Assembly (NCBI GenBank): GCA_048538275.1
Contig: JBLYPW010000001.1
Location: 212,919 to 276,918 of the forward strand
Length of the DNA: 64,000 nucleotides
Direction: 5' to 3'
Source: Candidatus Komeilibacteria bacterium
GTDB lineage: Bacteria; Patescibacteriota; Patescibacteriia; UBA1558
The number at the start of each line of letters is the position of its first letter. Position 1 is the stretch's first letter. Made by a program: the position numbers and the translations under genes. Positions 56,624 to 64,000 of this stretch are shown here, one piece after another. The notes beneath the pieces were generated by a model. The model did not search any database. It saw only the letters and a list, made by a program, of their open reading frames with translations, and was not told the DNA's origin.

Positions 56624-57378
56624 GTTTATTAAAAACTAGTCAAGAAATAAAGGAGTTGAGAATTATTGGTCGTGAATTAGGTATGATTCTCAAACAAGTG
56701 GCAAATTCTGTTAAACCTGGCATTACGACCGCTGCTCTCAATGAAATGGCGGAAGAGCTTATTGAACAAGCTGGTGGCAGGCCTTGTTTTAAGGGCTATG
56801 GCGAACCTTATTCATTTCCGGCCGGCTTATGCGTTTCTTTAAATGAGGAAATCGTGCATGGCATTCCGGGCGATCGTCAAGTTCAAGAAGGGGATTTGGT
56901 TAGCTTGGATATAGGCATGGAAAGAAATGGTTTATATACTGATATGGCTACCACGGTAGCTGTCGGGCAGGTCGGTCAGGTAGAGCGTGAGTTAATGGCA
57001 GTAACAGCCCATGCTTTACAGCTTGGCATTGCTCAGTGTCGGGCGGGTAATACTTTGGGTGATATAGGTCATGCTATTCAGTCTTATGTAGAAAAACATG
57101 GTTTTGGCGTGGTGCGTGATCTAGTAGGGCACGGTGTTGGTCATGCTGTCCACGAAGCACCAGCTGTGCCTAATTATGGTCAAGCTGGCAAGGGGCAAGT
57201 ATTGCAGGTTGGCATGGTTTTAGCTTTGGAGCCCATGGTAACCGTTGGTAGTTATGAGATTGCGTATGGTGATGATGACTGGACTATAAAAACTGCCGAT
57301 GATAGTTTGTCGGCACACTATGAGCACACTATAGCGATTACTGAAAAAGGACCTATTATCATCACTGCTTATGATTAG
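56620..57378 (+). CDS. map: Methionine aminopeptidase
   Basis: SLNEEIVHGIP, GHGVG..HE, EPM, SAHYEHT. Confidence 0.97.
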   Translation: MSLLKTSQEIKELRIIGRELGMILKQVANSVKPGITTAALNEMAEELIEQAGGRPCFKGYGEPYSFPAGLCVSLNEEIVHGIPGDRQVQEGDLVSLDIGMERNGLYTDMATTVAVGQVGQVERELMAVTAHALQLGIAQCRAGNTLGDIGHAIQSYVEKHGFGVVRDLVGHGVGHAVHEAPAVPNYGQAGKGQVLQVGMVLALEPMVTVGSYEIAYGDDDWTIKTADDSLSAHYEHTIAITEKGPIIITAYD

Positions 57379-57763
57379 AATTTTGGGTATAGATTATGGT
57401 AGCGCTAAGATCGGTTTGGCTATAGCCGATAGTGAGACAACTTTGGCAATGCCGTTTGATATTATCTATAAAAATAGTATAGGAGAGCAGCTGGCGGTTT
57501 TACGTGATATCATCAAACGTGAAAAGATTGATGAGTTGGTAGTAGGATGGCCGCTCAGTTTGGATAATAAAGTTACAGCGCAGACCAAGAAAGTAGAAGA
57601 TTTTTTGAAAGAATTAGCCGTTCTAAATTTGCCTATTCATCGTCAGGATGAAAGATTGTCCACCCAAGCAGCCAGTCGCACTACGAGTAAACAAGATGAT
57701 GATGCGATAGCTGCTATGTATATTTTACAAGCCTATTTGGATGGAAAAAACAATGATTCCTAG
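57371..57763 (+). CDS. yqgF: Pre-16S rRNA nuclease YqgF/RuvX
   Basis: LGIDYG..IGLA, VVGWP, DERLST, DAIAA..IL..YL. Confidence 0.94.
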   Translation: MIRILGIDYGSAKIGLAIADSETTLAMPFDIIYKNSIGEQLAVLRDIIKREKIDELVVGWPLSLDNKVTAQTKKVEDFLKELAVLNLPIHRQDERLSTQAASRTTSKQDDDAIAAMYILQAYLDGKNNDS

Positions 57764-58838
57764 TTGGCTATTTTATATCACACCATTATTACTAAGCTGT
57801 TTATTAGCTTGGTTTTTTACTAAACTGGTACGTTTAATAGCTTTGCATAGAGAAATTGTAGATAAGCCCGCTCCTCGTAAAGTGCATGATAAGCCCGTGC
57901 CATTATTGGGCGGACTGGCGGTTGGCGGAGCTATCTTAATAGCTATGATCGTATTGTGGCCTTGGCTACATGATGGTGTGATAGTGAGCAAATATTTATA
58001 TGGCATTATTATTGGTTTGTGCTTGTTGTTGTTGGGTGGCTATTTGGATGATGTTTATAATTTGCGCCCCTGGCAACAAATAATATTTCCGTTGCTAGCT
58101 TCTATCATTGTGGTGTTATCTGGTATTGGTATAGATTATGTTACCAACCCGTTGGGGCCTGGCTATTGGCATTTTGATCAGTACAAAATTCTTTTATTAT
58201 GGTATCATGGCTTGCCTTATTATTTTACACCATTGGCAGATATTTTTACTTTATTATGGTTGATGGGGATGGTCTATGTGACCAAATTATTGGATGGCTT
58301 GGATGGCCTAGCGAGCGGTATTGGTGTGATTGGCAGTTTGGTAATATTTATAGTTTCATTGACTTGGGATGTTGCTTACTCAGCTACATCGGTATTGGCT
58401 TTATTAACCGCTGGGGCCTTATTAGGATTTTTATGGTGGAATTGGCATCCGGCTAAGATTTTTCTGGGTGAAGGAGGAAGTACTTTGGTTGGCTTTATGC
58501 TGGGCATTTTAGCGATTATTAGTGGTGGAAAAATTGCTACTGCACTATTGATTATGGGTATTCCTATTTTAGATGTTGCTTGGGTAATCATGCGTAGATT
58601 GCTAGTAGAACGTCATTCTATTGCGCAGGCTGATCGTCAACACTTGCATCATCGTTTATTATCAGTTGGCTTATCTCACCGTGGCGCTGTTATATTTCTT
58701 TTTATAATTACTGCTGGGTTTGGACTGATGTCTATTTGGCAAAATACTAAGGGTAAAATTATAACCTTGTTATTTTTAGTGGTTTTTATGGTGTTTTTGG
58801 CTTATAGCTTGGTGCGTAGGCAAGAACGATTGAAATAG
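57741..58838 (+). CDS. WecA/TagO-type polyprenyl-P GlcNAc-1-P transferase (GT4 family)
   Basis: RKVH..PVPLLGG, GYLDD, DGLDGLA, PAKIFLGEGG, DRQHLHHRL. Confidence 0.92.
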   Translation: MEKTMIPSWLFYITPLLLSCLLAWFFTKLVRLIALHREIVDKPAPRKVHDKPVPLLGGLAVGGAILIAMIVLWPWLHDGVIVSKYLYGIIIGLCLLLLGGYLDDVYNLRPWQQIIFPLLASIIVVLSGIGIDYVTNPLGPGYWHFDQYKILLLWYHGLPYYFTPLADIFTLLWLMGMVYVTKLLDGLDGLASGIGVIGSLVIFIVSLTWDVAYSATSVLALLTAGALLGFLWWNWHPAKIFLGEGGSTLVGFMLGILAIISGGKIATALLIMGIPILDVAWVIMRRLLVERHSIAQADRQHLHHRLLSVGLSHRGAVIFLFIITAGFGLMSIWQNTKGKIITLLFLVVFMVFLAYSLVRRQERLK

Positions 58839-58848
58839 AGCAGGAGGC

Positions 58849-58877
58849 TTGACAGATCGGGAGATTTACTTTATACT
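58849..58877 (+). promoter_or_regulatory. Sigma70 promoter of rplU
   Basis: TTGACA-17-TATACT. Confidence 0.75.
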
Positions 58878-58922
58878 GCTGATACTTATCATGTATTTAA
58901 TAAGATAAATTTATTTATCAAT

Positions 58923-59231
58923 ATGAAATTTGCAGTAGTGAAAACCGGTGGTAAACAGTATTTTGTTCAGGCCGGAGATAAAATAAGAGTAGAAAAATTA
59001 GTTGGAGAGCCGACTAGTAAAGTGACTTTAGAAGCTATGTTGGTTAGTGACGATAAAGGTAATGGTTTAGATATTGGCACTCCTATATTAACCAATCAGG
59101 TGGAGGCAAAAGTTTTGCGTCAAGGCAAGTCTAAAAAGGTTAAGGTTGTTAAATATAAGAATAAAACTCGTTATAAAAGAACCATTGGTCATCGTCAGCA
59201 CTTTACTGAGTTGGAAATAGTCAAGTTATAA
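58923..59231 (+). CDS. rplU: 50S ribosomal protein bL21
   Basis: AVVKTGGKQY, GHRQHFT. Confidence 0.98.
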   Translation: MKFAVVKTGGKQYFVQAGDKIRVEKLVGEPTSKVTLEAMLVSDDKGNGLDIGTPILTNQVEAKVLRQGKSKKVKVVKYKNKTRYKRTIGHRQHFTELEIVKL

Positions 59232-59243
59232 ATTTATTCAGCT

Positions 59244-59278
59244 AAAAAGCCCCCTGCTTGTGGCAAGGGGCTTTTTTT
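59244..59278. terminator. Bidirectional terminator between rplU and recR
   Basis: AAAAAGCCCC...GGGGCTTTTTTT. Confidence 0.85.
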
Positions 59279-59298
59279 AATTATCTAAAAAAATAAAT

Positions 59299-59898
59299 TT
59301 ATAACTTTCTTCTATCTTTGAGAGCGTAAGATAGTGTAATATCATCGGCGTATTCTATTTCGCTGCCACTAGGTAGTCCTTTGGCTAATCTAGTAACATT
59401 GACTGGTAGGTCTTTTAGCAATTTTGCTAAATATAGGGTAGTGGCTTCGCCGGCCATGTCATAGTTGAAAGCTAGGATTATTTCTTGCGGTTTATTTTTT
59501 TTGATCCTTTCTAGCAGTTCGGGGATGCGAAGTTTGTCTGGTGTAATTCCGTCAGGTGGATTTATTTCTCCTTGTAGGACATGATAAAGCCCTTGATAGA
59601 CATTGCTCTTTTCTAAAGCTTGGAGATCTAGAATATCGGCCACTACGCAAATAGTTTTTTTATCTCTATGTTCATCACGACATATACTACAGGGTGTGGT
59701 GTCGGCAAAGTTGAAGCAAAGAGGGCAGATGGAGATTTCTGCTTTGGCTGCCAATAGACTATCAGCAAATTCCTTAAGATCTTCTTTTGGTCTAGAGAGT
59801 AGGAAAAAAGCCAGTTTTTCACTGGTTTTAGGGCCAATGCCCGGTAATTTATCAAATTGTCTGATTAGTCGCGCAACGGCGGCAGGAAGATGTTTCAT
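59299..59898 (-). CDS. recR: Recombination protein RecR
   Basis: LPGIGPKT, C4 Zn finger, YHVLQG, GEAT, EYAD. Confidence 0.97.
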   Translation of the reverse strand: MKHLPAAVARLIRQFDKLPGIGPKTSEKLAFFLLSRPKEDLKEFADSLLAAKAEISICPLCFNFADTTPCSICRDEHRDKKTICVVADILDLQALEKSNVYQGLYHVLQGEINPPDGITPDKLRIPELLERIKKNKPQEIILAFNYDMAGEATTLYLAKLLKDLPVNVTRLAKGLPSGSEIEYADDITLSYALKDRRKL

Positions 59899-59902
59899 AG
59901 GA

Positions 59903-60172
59903 TTATAACAATCCGCTCATTTTGTTAGCCATCATTTTTTGTACTTGTTGGCTAGTATTAGACCAAGCTTCTTTAATGGCTTGCGTGGTGGCTTCTTTAT
60001 CGCTGTCCCAGCCTTCTTTGAGTTGTAGATCAATAATTTCTTGTTGCCCGTTGATAGTTAAGACCACTAGCTTGTTTTCACTACTGATGCGTTCTTGAGC
60101 GAGGGCGCCTTGCAGGCTTTGAGCTTTTTGTTTTAAATCTTTTAAATCACCTAGTTTGTTTAATAATGACAT
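59903..60172 (-). CDS. ybaB: YbaB/EbfC nucleoid-associated protein
   Basis: Upstream of recR; AQSLQ..L..E..VVLTING pattern. Confidence 0.8.
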   Translation of the reverse strand: MSLLNKLGDLKDLKQKAQSLQGALAQERISSENKLVVLTINGQQEIIDLQLKEGWDSDKEATTQAIKEAWSNTSQQVQKMMANKMSGLL

Positions 60173-60272
60173 GGAATAAATTGAGAATTAAAAATTAAAA
60201 TCTATAATTGTTGAAGTTGTATGAATGGATGAGCGTTTATAATTTGTTCTAAATCGTATGAGCTAAAGAAAA

Positions 60273-61658
60273 TTAGAATTCTGGCGGGGCTTGAATATCT
60301 TGTTTGGCCATATTGCGGAAAGTTACAGGATCGGCGTCAAAGAATAAATTAACCTGGCCAATGGGTCCATTACGATGTTTGGCAATATGAATTTCTGCTT
60401 TATGTCTTTCTTCCGGCATGATGTCTTCTTCACGATAGTTACGATCTGCAGCCTTACGATAAAGGAACATAACAATGTCAGCATCCTGTTCAATAGAGCC
60501 GGATTCGCGCAGGTGTGCTAGTTTAGGGATAGCCGGTTTAGATTGTTCAACGGCACGAGATAACTGAGATAGGCCGATAACAGGAATATCCAGCTCGCGA
60601 GCAATAGCCTTGAGAGAACGGGTGATTTCTGCCACTTCCTGTACACGATTGTCGCCGTGTGTACTGCGACCTTCCATTAGCTGCAGATAGTCCACGACAA
60701 TTAAATCTAATCCTTGCTCCAACTTTAATCGGCGGGCTTTGGTACGAATTTCCATGATATTAGCTGTGGCACTATCATCTATAAAAATTTTAGCTTCTGA
60801 TAAAACGCCCATAGCTTGACCGATGCGAGGAAAATCATCAGCATTTTCATTATCAGACAAGCGACCATTTCGCATTTTCCACAAAGAAACATTAGCTTGA
60901 GCACAAAGGAGGCGATCAACCAGCTGGTCTTTACTCATTTCTAAGGAAAAAATGCCTACGGATTTTTTTCCTTCTATTGCTACATTGCGAGCAATGTCTA
61001 GAGCGAGAGTCGTTTTACCAACACTGGGTCGTGCCGCTACAATAATCAGGTCAGATTTTTGTAAGCCGGCTAATAATTTATCCAAATCTTCAAAACCAGT
61101 GGGAATACCACGAATTTTGCCTGACTCACGATGTAATTCGTCAATACGATCAAAAGCTTCGTGCAGAATGTCTTTAATAGGTACAAATTCTTCTTTTAAG
61201 TAGCGTTGGGATATGCCAAACAATTTTTGTTCAGATTGATCAAGTAAGCTGTCCAATTCTTCTGTTTCATTATAGGCTAAAGAAGCAATGTCGCTGGAGG
61301 CTTTAATTAATCGACGCAAGGTAGCTTTCTTTTGTACTATTTGAGCATAGGCTACTACATTACTGGCAGTCGGCACATTATTTGCTAATTCCGCTAAATA
61401 GCTTTTACCGCCAATATTGTCCAATGCTTTTTTTTCTGATAAACGGTTAGCCAGGGACAATAAGTCTATTGGCTCATGCTTTTCGTATAATTCTAACATA
61501 GCGTCAAAGATAATCCGATGAGCATCTTTATAAAAGTCATCTGGTACAGTAATGTTTACGACTTTGGTAATAGCCTCTTTGTCAATCAATAAAGAACCTA
61601 GTACGGATTGTTCCGCTTCTAAGTTCTGGGGTTGTAATTTTGTTATATTGTCCGTCAT
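60273..61658 (-). CDS. dnaB: Replicative DNA helicase
   Basis: PQNLEAEQSVLG, AARPSVGKT, VDYLQLM, LRESGSIEQDAD, KHRNGP. Confidence 0.99.
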   Translation of the reverse strand: MTDNITKLQPQNLEAEQSVLGSLLIDKEAITKVVNITVPDDFYKDAHRIIFDAMLELYEKHEPIDLLSLANRLSEKKALDNIGGKSYLAELANNVPTASNVVAYAQIVQKKATLRRLIKASSDIASLAYNETEELDSLLDQSEQKLFGISQRYLKEEFVPIKDILHEAFDRIDELHRESGKIRGIPTGFEDLDKLLAGLQKSDLIIVAARPSVGKTTLALDIARNVAIEGKKSVGIFSLEMSKDQLVDRLLCAQANVSLWKMRNGRLSDNENADDFPRIGQAMGVLSEAKIFIDDSATANIMEIRTKARRLKLEQGLDLIVVDYLQLMEGRSTHGDNRVQEVAEITRSLKAIARELDIPVIGLSQLSRAVEQSKPAIPKLAHLRESGSIEQDADIVMFLYRKAADRNYREEDIMPEERHKAEIHIAKHRNGPIGQVNLFFDADPVTFRNMAKQDIQAPPEF

Positions 61659-61790
61659 ATGGTAAAAATAGTTGATTGAACGATGTTATGGGGCCTTAAA
61701 TTGCTTCTCTATTTTAAGTAAAAAGTCAGGATAAAGCAAGGGTTTATTATGCAGACATTTTCCACCTATTAATAACAATTTTTTGTTAAT

Positions 61791-61837
61791 AAAAAAACAG
61801 TCTTTTACTTAGACCCAAAGGGTTAAGCGAAAGACTG
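61791..61837 (-). terminator. Terminator downstream of tRNA-Lys
   Basis: CAGTCTTT...AAAGACTG plus T7 on - strand. Confidence 0.7.
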
Positions 61838-61907
61838 AAAACAAGAATTCGCTTGAACGGCGAAGTGGTTGCGCCTTATGCGCAAGTACATAATTGTGAG
61901 TAAGAAG

Positions 61908-61984
61908 TGGTACGCGCAGAGGGATTCGAACCCCCGACCATCTGCTTAAAAGGCAGCTGCTCTACCAGGCTGAGCTATGCGCGC
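61908..61984 (-). tRNA. tRNA-Lys(TTT)
   Basis: GCGCGCA/TGCGCGT, CTGC-CT-TTT-AA-GCAG, GGTTCGAATCC, CCA. Confidence 0.95.
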
Positions 61985-62060
61985 CCGTGGAAATAAAATA
62001 TACCTTAGATTATATTAAGAACTTTTAAATAGCCACATAGCCAATGAGCGAAGCCTGGAA

Positions 62061-62114
62061 GGCTGCTTGCCCCGCAAACGAACACAAGTGAGTGATGCGG
62101 GGAGCTATGCGCGT
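62061..62114 (-). pseudogene. 5' fragment copy of tRNA-Lys interrupted by REP-like element
   Basis: ACGCGCATAGCTC[37-bp insert]AGCC versus tRNA GCGCGCATAGCTCAGCC. Confidence 0.7.
62065..62101 (-). repeat. tRNA-inserted REP-like hairpin element, copy 2
   Basis: CCCGCATCACTCACTTGTGTTCGTTTGCGGGGCAAGC. Confidence 0.75.
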
Positions 62115-62132
62115 TCACGATAAAACGATGGT

Positions 62133-62161
62133 ATTATAGGGGAATGGTAATTTATTGTCAA
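62133..62161 (-). promoter_or_regulatory. Consensus sigma70 promoter for tRNA-Lys locus
   Basis: TTGACA-17-TATAAT on - strand. Confidence 0.85.
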
Positions 62162-62260
62162 TATCGTTGTTGATAGTATCGTAAAATTGTTTAGATTTTG
62201 TTATAATTATATAGCTTGATCGTATATTTTAAAGGAGAGTTAATTATTAAAGTAAATATT

Positions 62261-63016
62261 ATGGAAAATAAAGCATGGAGTTGGAATCAGCCTAAAGTAT
62301 GGCTAGTTTTTGTTATCGTGCTCGGTTTTATAGCCTTGGGAGTATTATCTTTATTGCGTGAGCGGTTAGTATATCATGATATGAATCAAATGTCGGTCTC
62401 GGCTGATGGCGAGGTGTTCGCTAAGCCGGATATTGCTCAAATAGTAGTGGGCGTGCGTACCGATACGCAACGCACGGCAGCGGCAGCAGTACAGCAAAAT
62501 ACAGAGCAGATGAATAAAGTGCATGAGGTTTTAGGCGATCTTGGCATAGATGATAAAGATATTCAAACGACTCAGTACCAGTTAAATCCTGTTTATCATT
62601 ATCCTACTAATGGCCAGCGCACTTTGGCTGGTTATGATTTATATCAACAGGCGACTGTGAAAATTCGTGATTTGGATAATATTGGTGAGGTGATAGAGCA
62701 GACTACCTCGGCCGGTGCCAATCAAGTGGGTAGTATTAATTTTACCATTGACGATCAAGAAAGTTTACAAGCAAAGGCCCGTGCCAATGCAATTAGCAAG
62801 GCGCAGACTAAAGCAGAAGAGTTGGAAAAAATGACCGGTATCAAATTGGGTAAGTTGGTAAACATTTATGAGAGTAATAACAATCAACCGGTACCAACTT
62901 ATGCTTATGGCATGGGTGGCGCCTCGGCCGATGCCATGGCCAAGTCCGCTCCAGAAATAGCTAGCGGTGAATTAAAGGTGACTACTAATATTACCTTGGT
63001 TTATAAAGTAGAATGA
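62261..63016 (+). CDS. SIMPL/DUF541 family protein
   Basis: TM, VSADGEVFAKPDIA, DIQTTQY.LNPVY, GANQV, ARANAI..A..KA. Confidence 0.92.
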   Translation: MENKAWSWNQPKVWLVFVIVLGFIALGVLSLLRERLVYHDMNQMSVSADGEVFAKPDIAQIVVGVRTDTQRTAAAAVQQNTEQMNKVHEVLGDLGIDDKDIQTTQYQLNPVYHYPTNGQRTLAGYDLYQQATVKIRDLDNIGEVIEQTTSAGANQVGSINFTIDDQESLQAKARANAISKAQTKAEELEKMTGIKLGKLVNIYESNNNQPVPTYAYGMGGASADAMAKSAPEIASGELKVTTNITLVYKVE

Positions 63017-63018
63017 TT

Positions 63019-63047
63019 TTGACAATAGTTGGCTATTGTGTTAAGAT
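63019..63047 (+). promoter_or_regulatory. Sigma70 promoter of Asn leader / tRNA-Asn
   Basis: TTGACA-17-TAAGAT with extended TG. Confidence 0.8.
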
Positions 63048-63056
63048 ATTAACAGT

Positions 63057-63110
63057 ATGAGATATTCACAGCTACAGTTGAATAATAATAACAATAATAC
63101 CGGCAGCTAA
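63057..63110 (+). CDS. Putative Asn-rich attenuator leader peptide MRYSQLQLNNNNNNTGS
   Basis: ATG a few nt after the predicted TSS; AAT AAT AAT AAC AAT AAT; TAA at 63108-63110. Confidence 0.7.
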   Translation: MRYSQLQLNNNNNNTGS

Positions 63111-63111
63111 T

Positions 63112-63161
63112 GCAGGTCAGGTTTGATTTTAGTGACAAACCGGCCTGCGAGGGCCGGTTTT
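63112..63161 (+). terminator. Attenuator: antiterminator (63112-63148) overlapping terminator (63137-63161)
   Basis: GCAGGTCAGGTTTG/CAAACCGGCCTGC competes with AAACCGGCC/GGCCGGTTT-T. Confidence 0.72.
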
Positions 63162-63284
63162 AATGTAATATGTTTTTTTACAACTGTGTATTATTTAATC
63201 AACAAATGTTAGAGTTTAGATAGGCCCGAGCAGCTTGCGCCGCGTCCGTCTCGGGAGGAAGAGTCGGTTTTCATTTGTGCATAT

Positions 63285-63360
63285 TCTGGAGTAGTTCAAT
63301 TGGTAGAACGCTGCGCTGTTAACGCAGAGGTTGGGGGTTCAAGTCCCTCCTCCAGAGCCA
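63285..63360 (+). tRNA. tRNA-Asn(GTT)
   Basis: TCTGGAG/CTCCAGA, CTGCG-CT-GTT-AA-CGCAG, GGTTCAAGTCC, CCA. Confidence 0.96.
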
Positions 63361-63403
63361 CATCTGTAGAGACAATTCATGAATTGTCTCTACAGATGTG
63401 GCT
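63356..63403. repeat. 48-bp perfect palindrome with GTAG-type REP core
   Basis: AGCCACATCTGTAGAGACAATTCA|TGAATTGTCTCTACAGATGTGGCT. Confidence 0.85.
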
Positions 63404-63534
63404 TATTATTTATCCCAAGTACAAGTTTATTTTTTTATTATAATTTTAAAGTTAAGCTATAATAAATAGAGATGCTTAGTTAATGGGTAAAAGTCTATTG
63501 TGTGGTTTTTTAGCTACTATGATATAATTCCTCC

Positions 63535-63708
63535 ATGGATAAATTAAAATATATATTAAAAATATTTTTATTTATATGTCTATTATCATTTGGCATTTTT
63601 ATGATTATATATGGAGAACATGACGATAGTCCAGGAGGACAAATGCTTGGTTTAATAATATTTGTAATAGGCGTGCTATTAATAATAAGAAATAGAAAAA
63701 AGGTATAA
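63535..63708 (+). CDS. Small two-TM membrane protein (57 aa), missed by ORF track
   Basis: MDKLKYILKIFLFICLLSFGIFMIIYGEHDDSPGGQMLGLIIFVIGVLLIIRNRKKV. Confidence 0.65.
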   Translation: MDKLKYILKIFLFICLLSFGIFMIIYGEHDDSPGGQMLGLIIFVIGVLLIIRNRKKV

Positions 63709-63798
63709 TTTAAAGATATATTGCCTGTATATTGAAATATATGACAATAATTTATTAAAATGTTAAAATAGTACAGCTAAGCAGTAATTAAAAAAATA

Positions 63799-64000
63799 AT
63801 GGACAATATAGAAAAAAACGAGTCTATGCCAGAGGAATCATCTGACACTAAAGATATTGACATTGCAGTGGACGAAGTTTTAGGAAAAACAAAAAAATCA
63901 AAACTAAAATGGGCCCTGCTGGGCATTATTGCCGTGATAGTTGTCGCGGCTTTGGGTATCATTGTGATTGTCAGTAATGTGATGAAAAATCAAGAGGTAT
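63799..64000 (+). CDS. Partial membrane-anchored protein (runs off window end)
   Basis: MDNIEKNES...KKSKLKWALLGIIAVIVVAALGIIVIV, open to the end. Confidence 0.65.
   Translation, partial: MDNIEKNESMPEESSDTKDIDIAVDEVLGKTKKSKLKWALLGIIAVIVVAALGIIVIVSNVMKNQEV

Noticed and set aside
1-64000. CRISPR array, rRNA, integrase/transposase, reverse transcriptase/DGR, intron or intein
   Set aside because: No repeat-spacer array or such motifs seen; DnaB and other core genes are of normal length

Overview
Gene-dense, mostly + strand window from a Patescibacteria (CPR) chromosome, most consistent with Parcubacteria/ABY1. Clues: no rpmD between rpsE and rplO, split ComEC, pilin-fused giant proteins; TGA is used as stop, so code 11. 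Core content: lepB-hisS-rpsU-yqeY; ybeY-dgkA-ftsA-ftsZ-nrdR; htrA-prfB; split comEC; ndk; a disulfide-formation operon; str/S10/spc clusters; secY-adk-map-yqgF; rplU; recR-ybaB-dnaB; tRNAs Val-CAC, Pro-GGG, Lys-TTT and Asn-GTT. Accessory: an 18.4-kb five-gene surface-appendage locus with a 3820-aa VirB2-like-pilin-fused adhesin. Most notable unannotated structures: (1) a complete ribosome-stalling attenuator (leader MRYSQLQLNNNNNNTGS, antiterminator, terminator) in front of tRNA-Asn; (2) a REP-like CCCCG...CGGGGCARG element family inserted at the same D-stem position in tRNA 5' copies at two loci 61 kb apart, including a nested tRNA-within-tRNA-relic; (3) a ~208-nt rod-shaped ncRNA, probably 6S; (4) cargo domains inserted inside Ig/IPT domains of the giant adhesin. 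All family calls come from motif recognition by eye; no searches were run.
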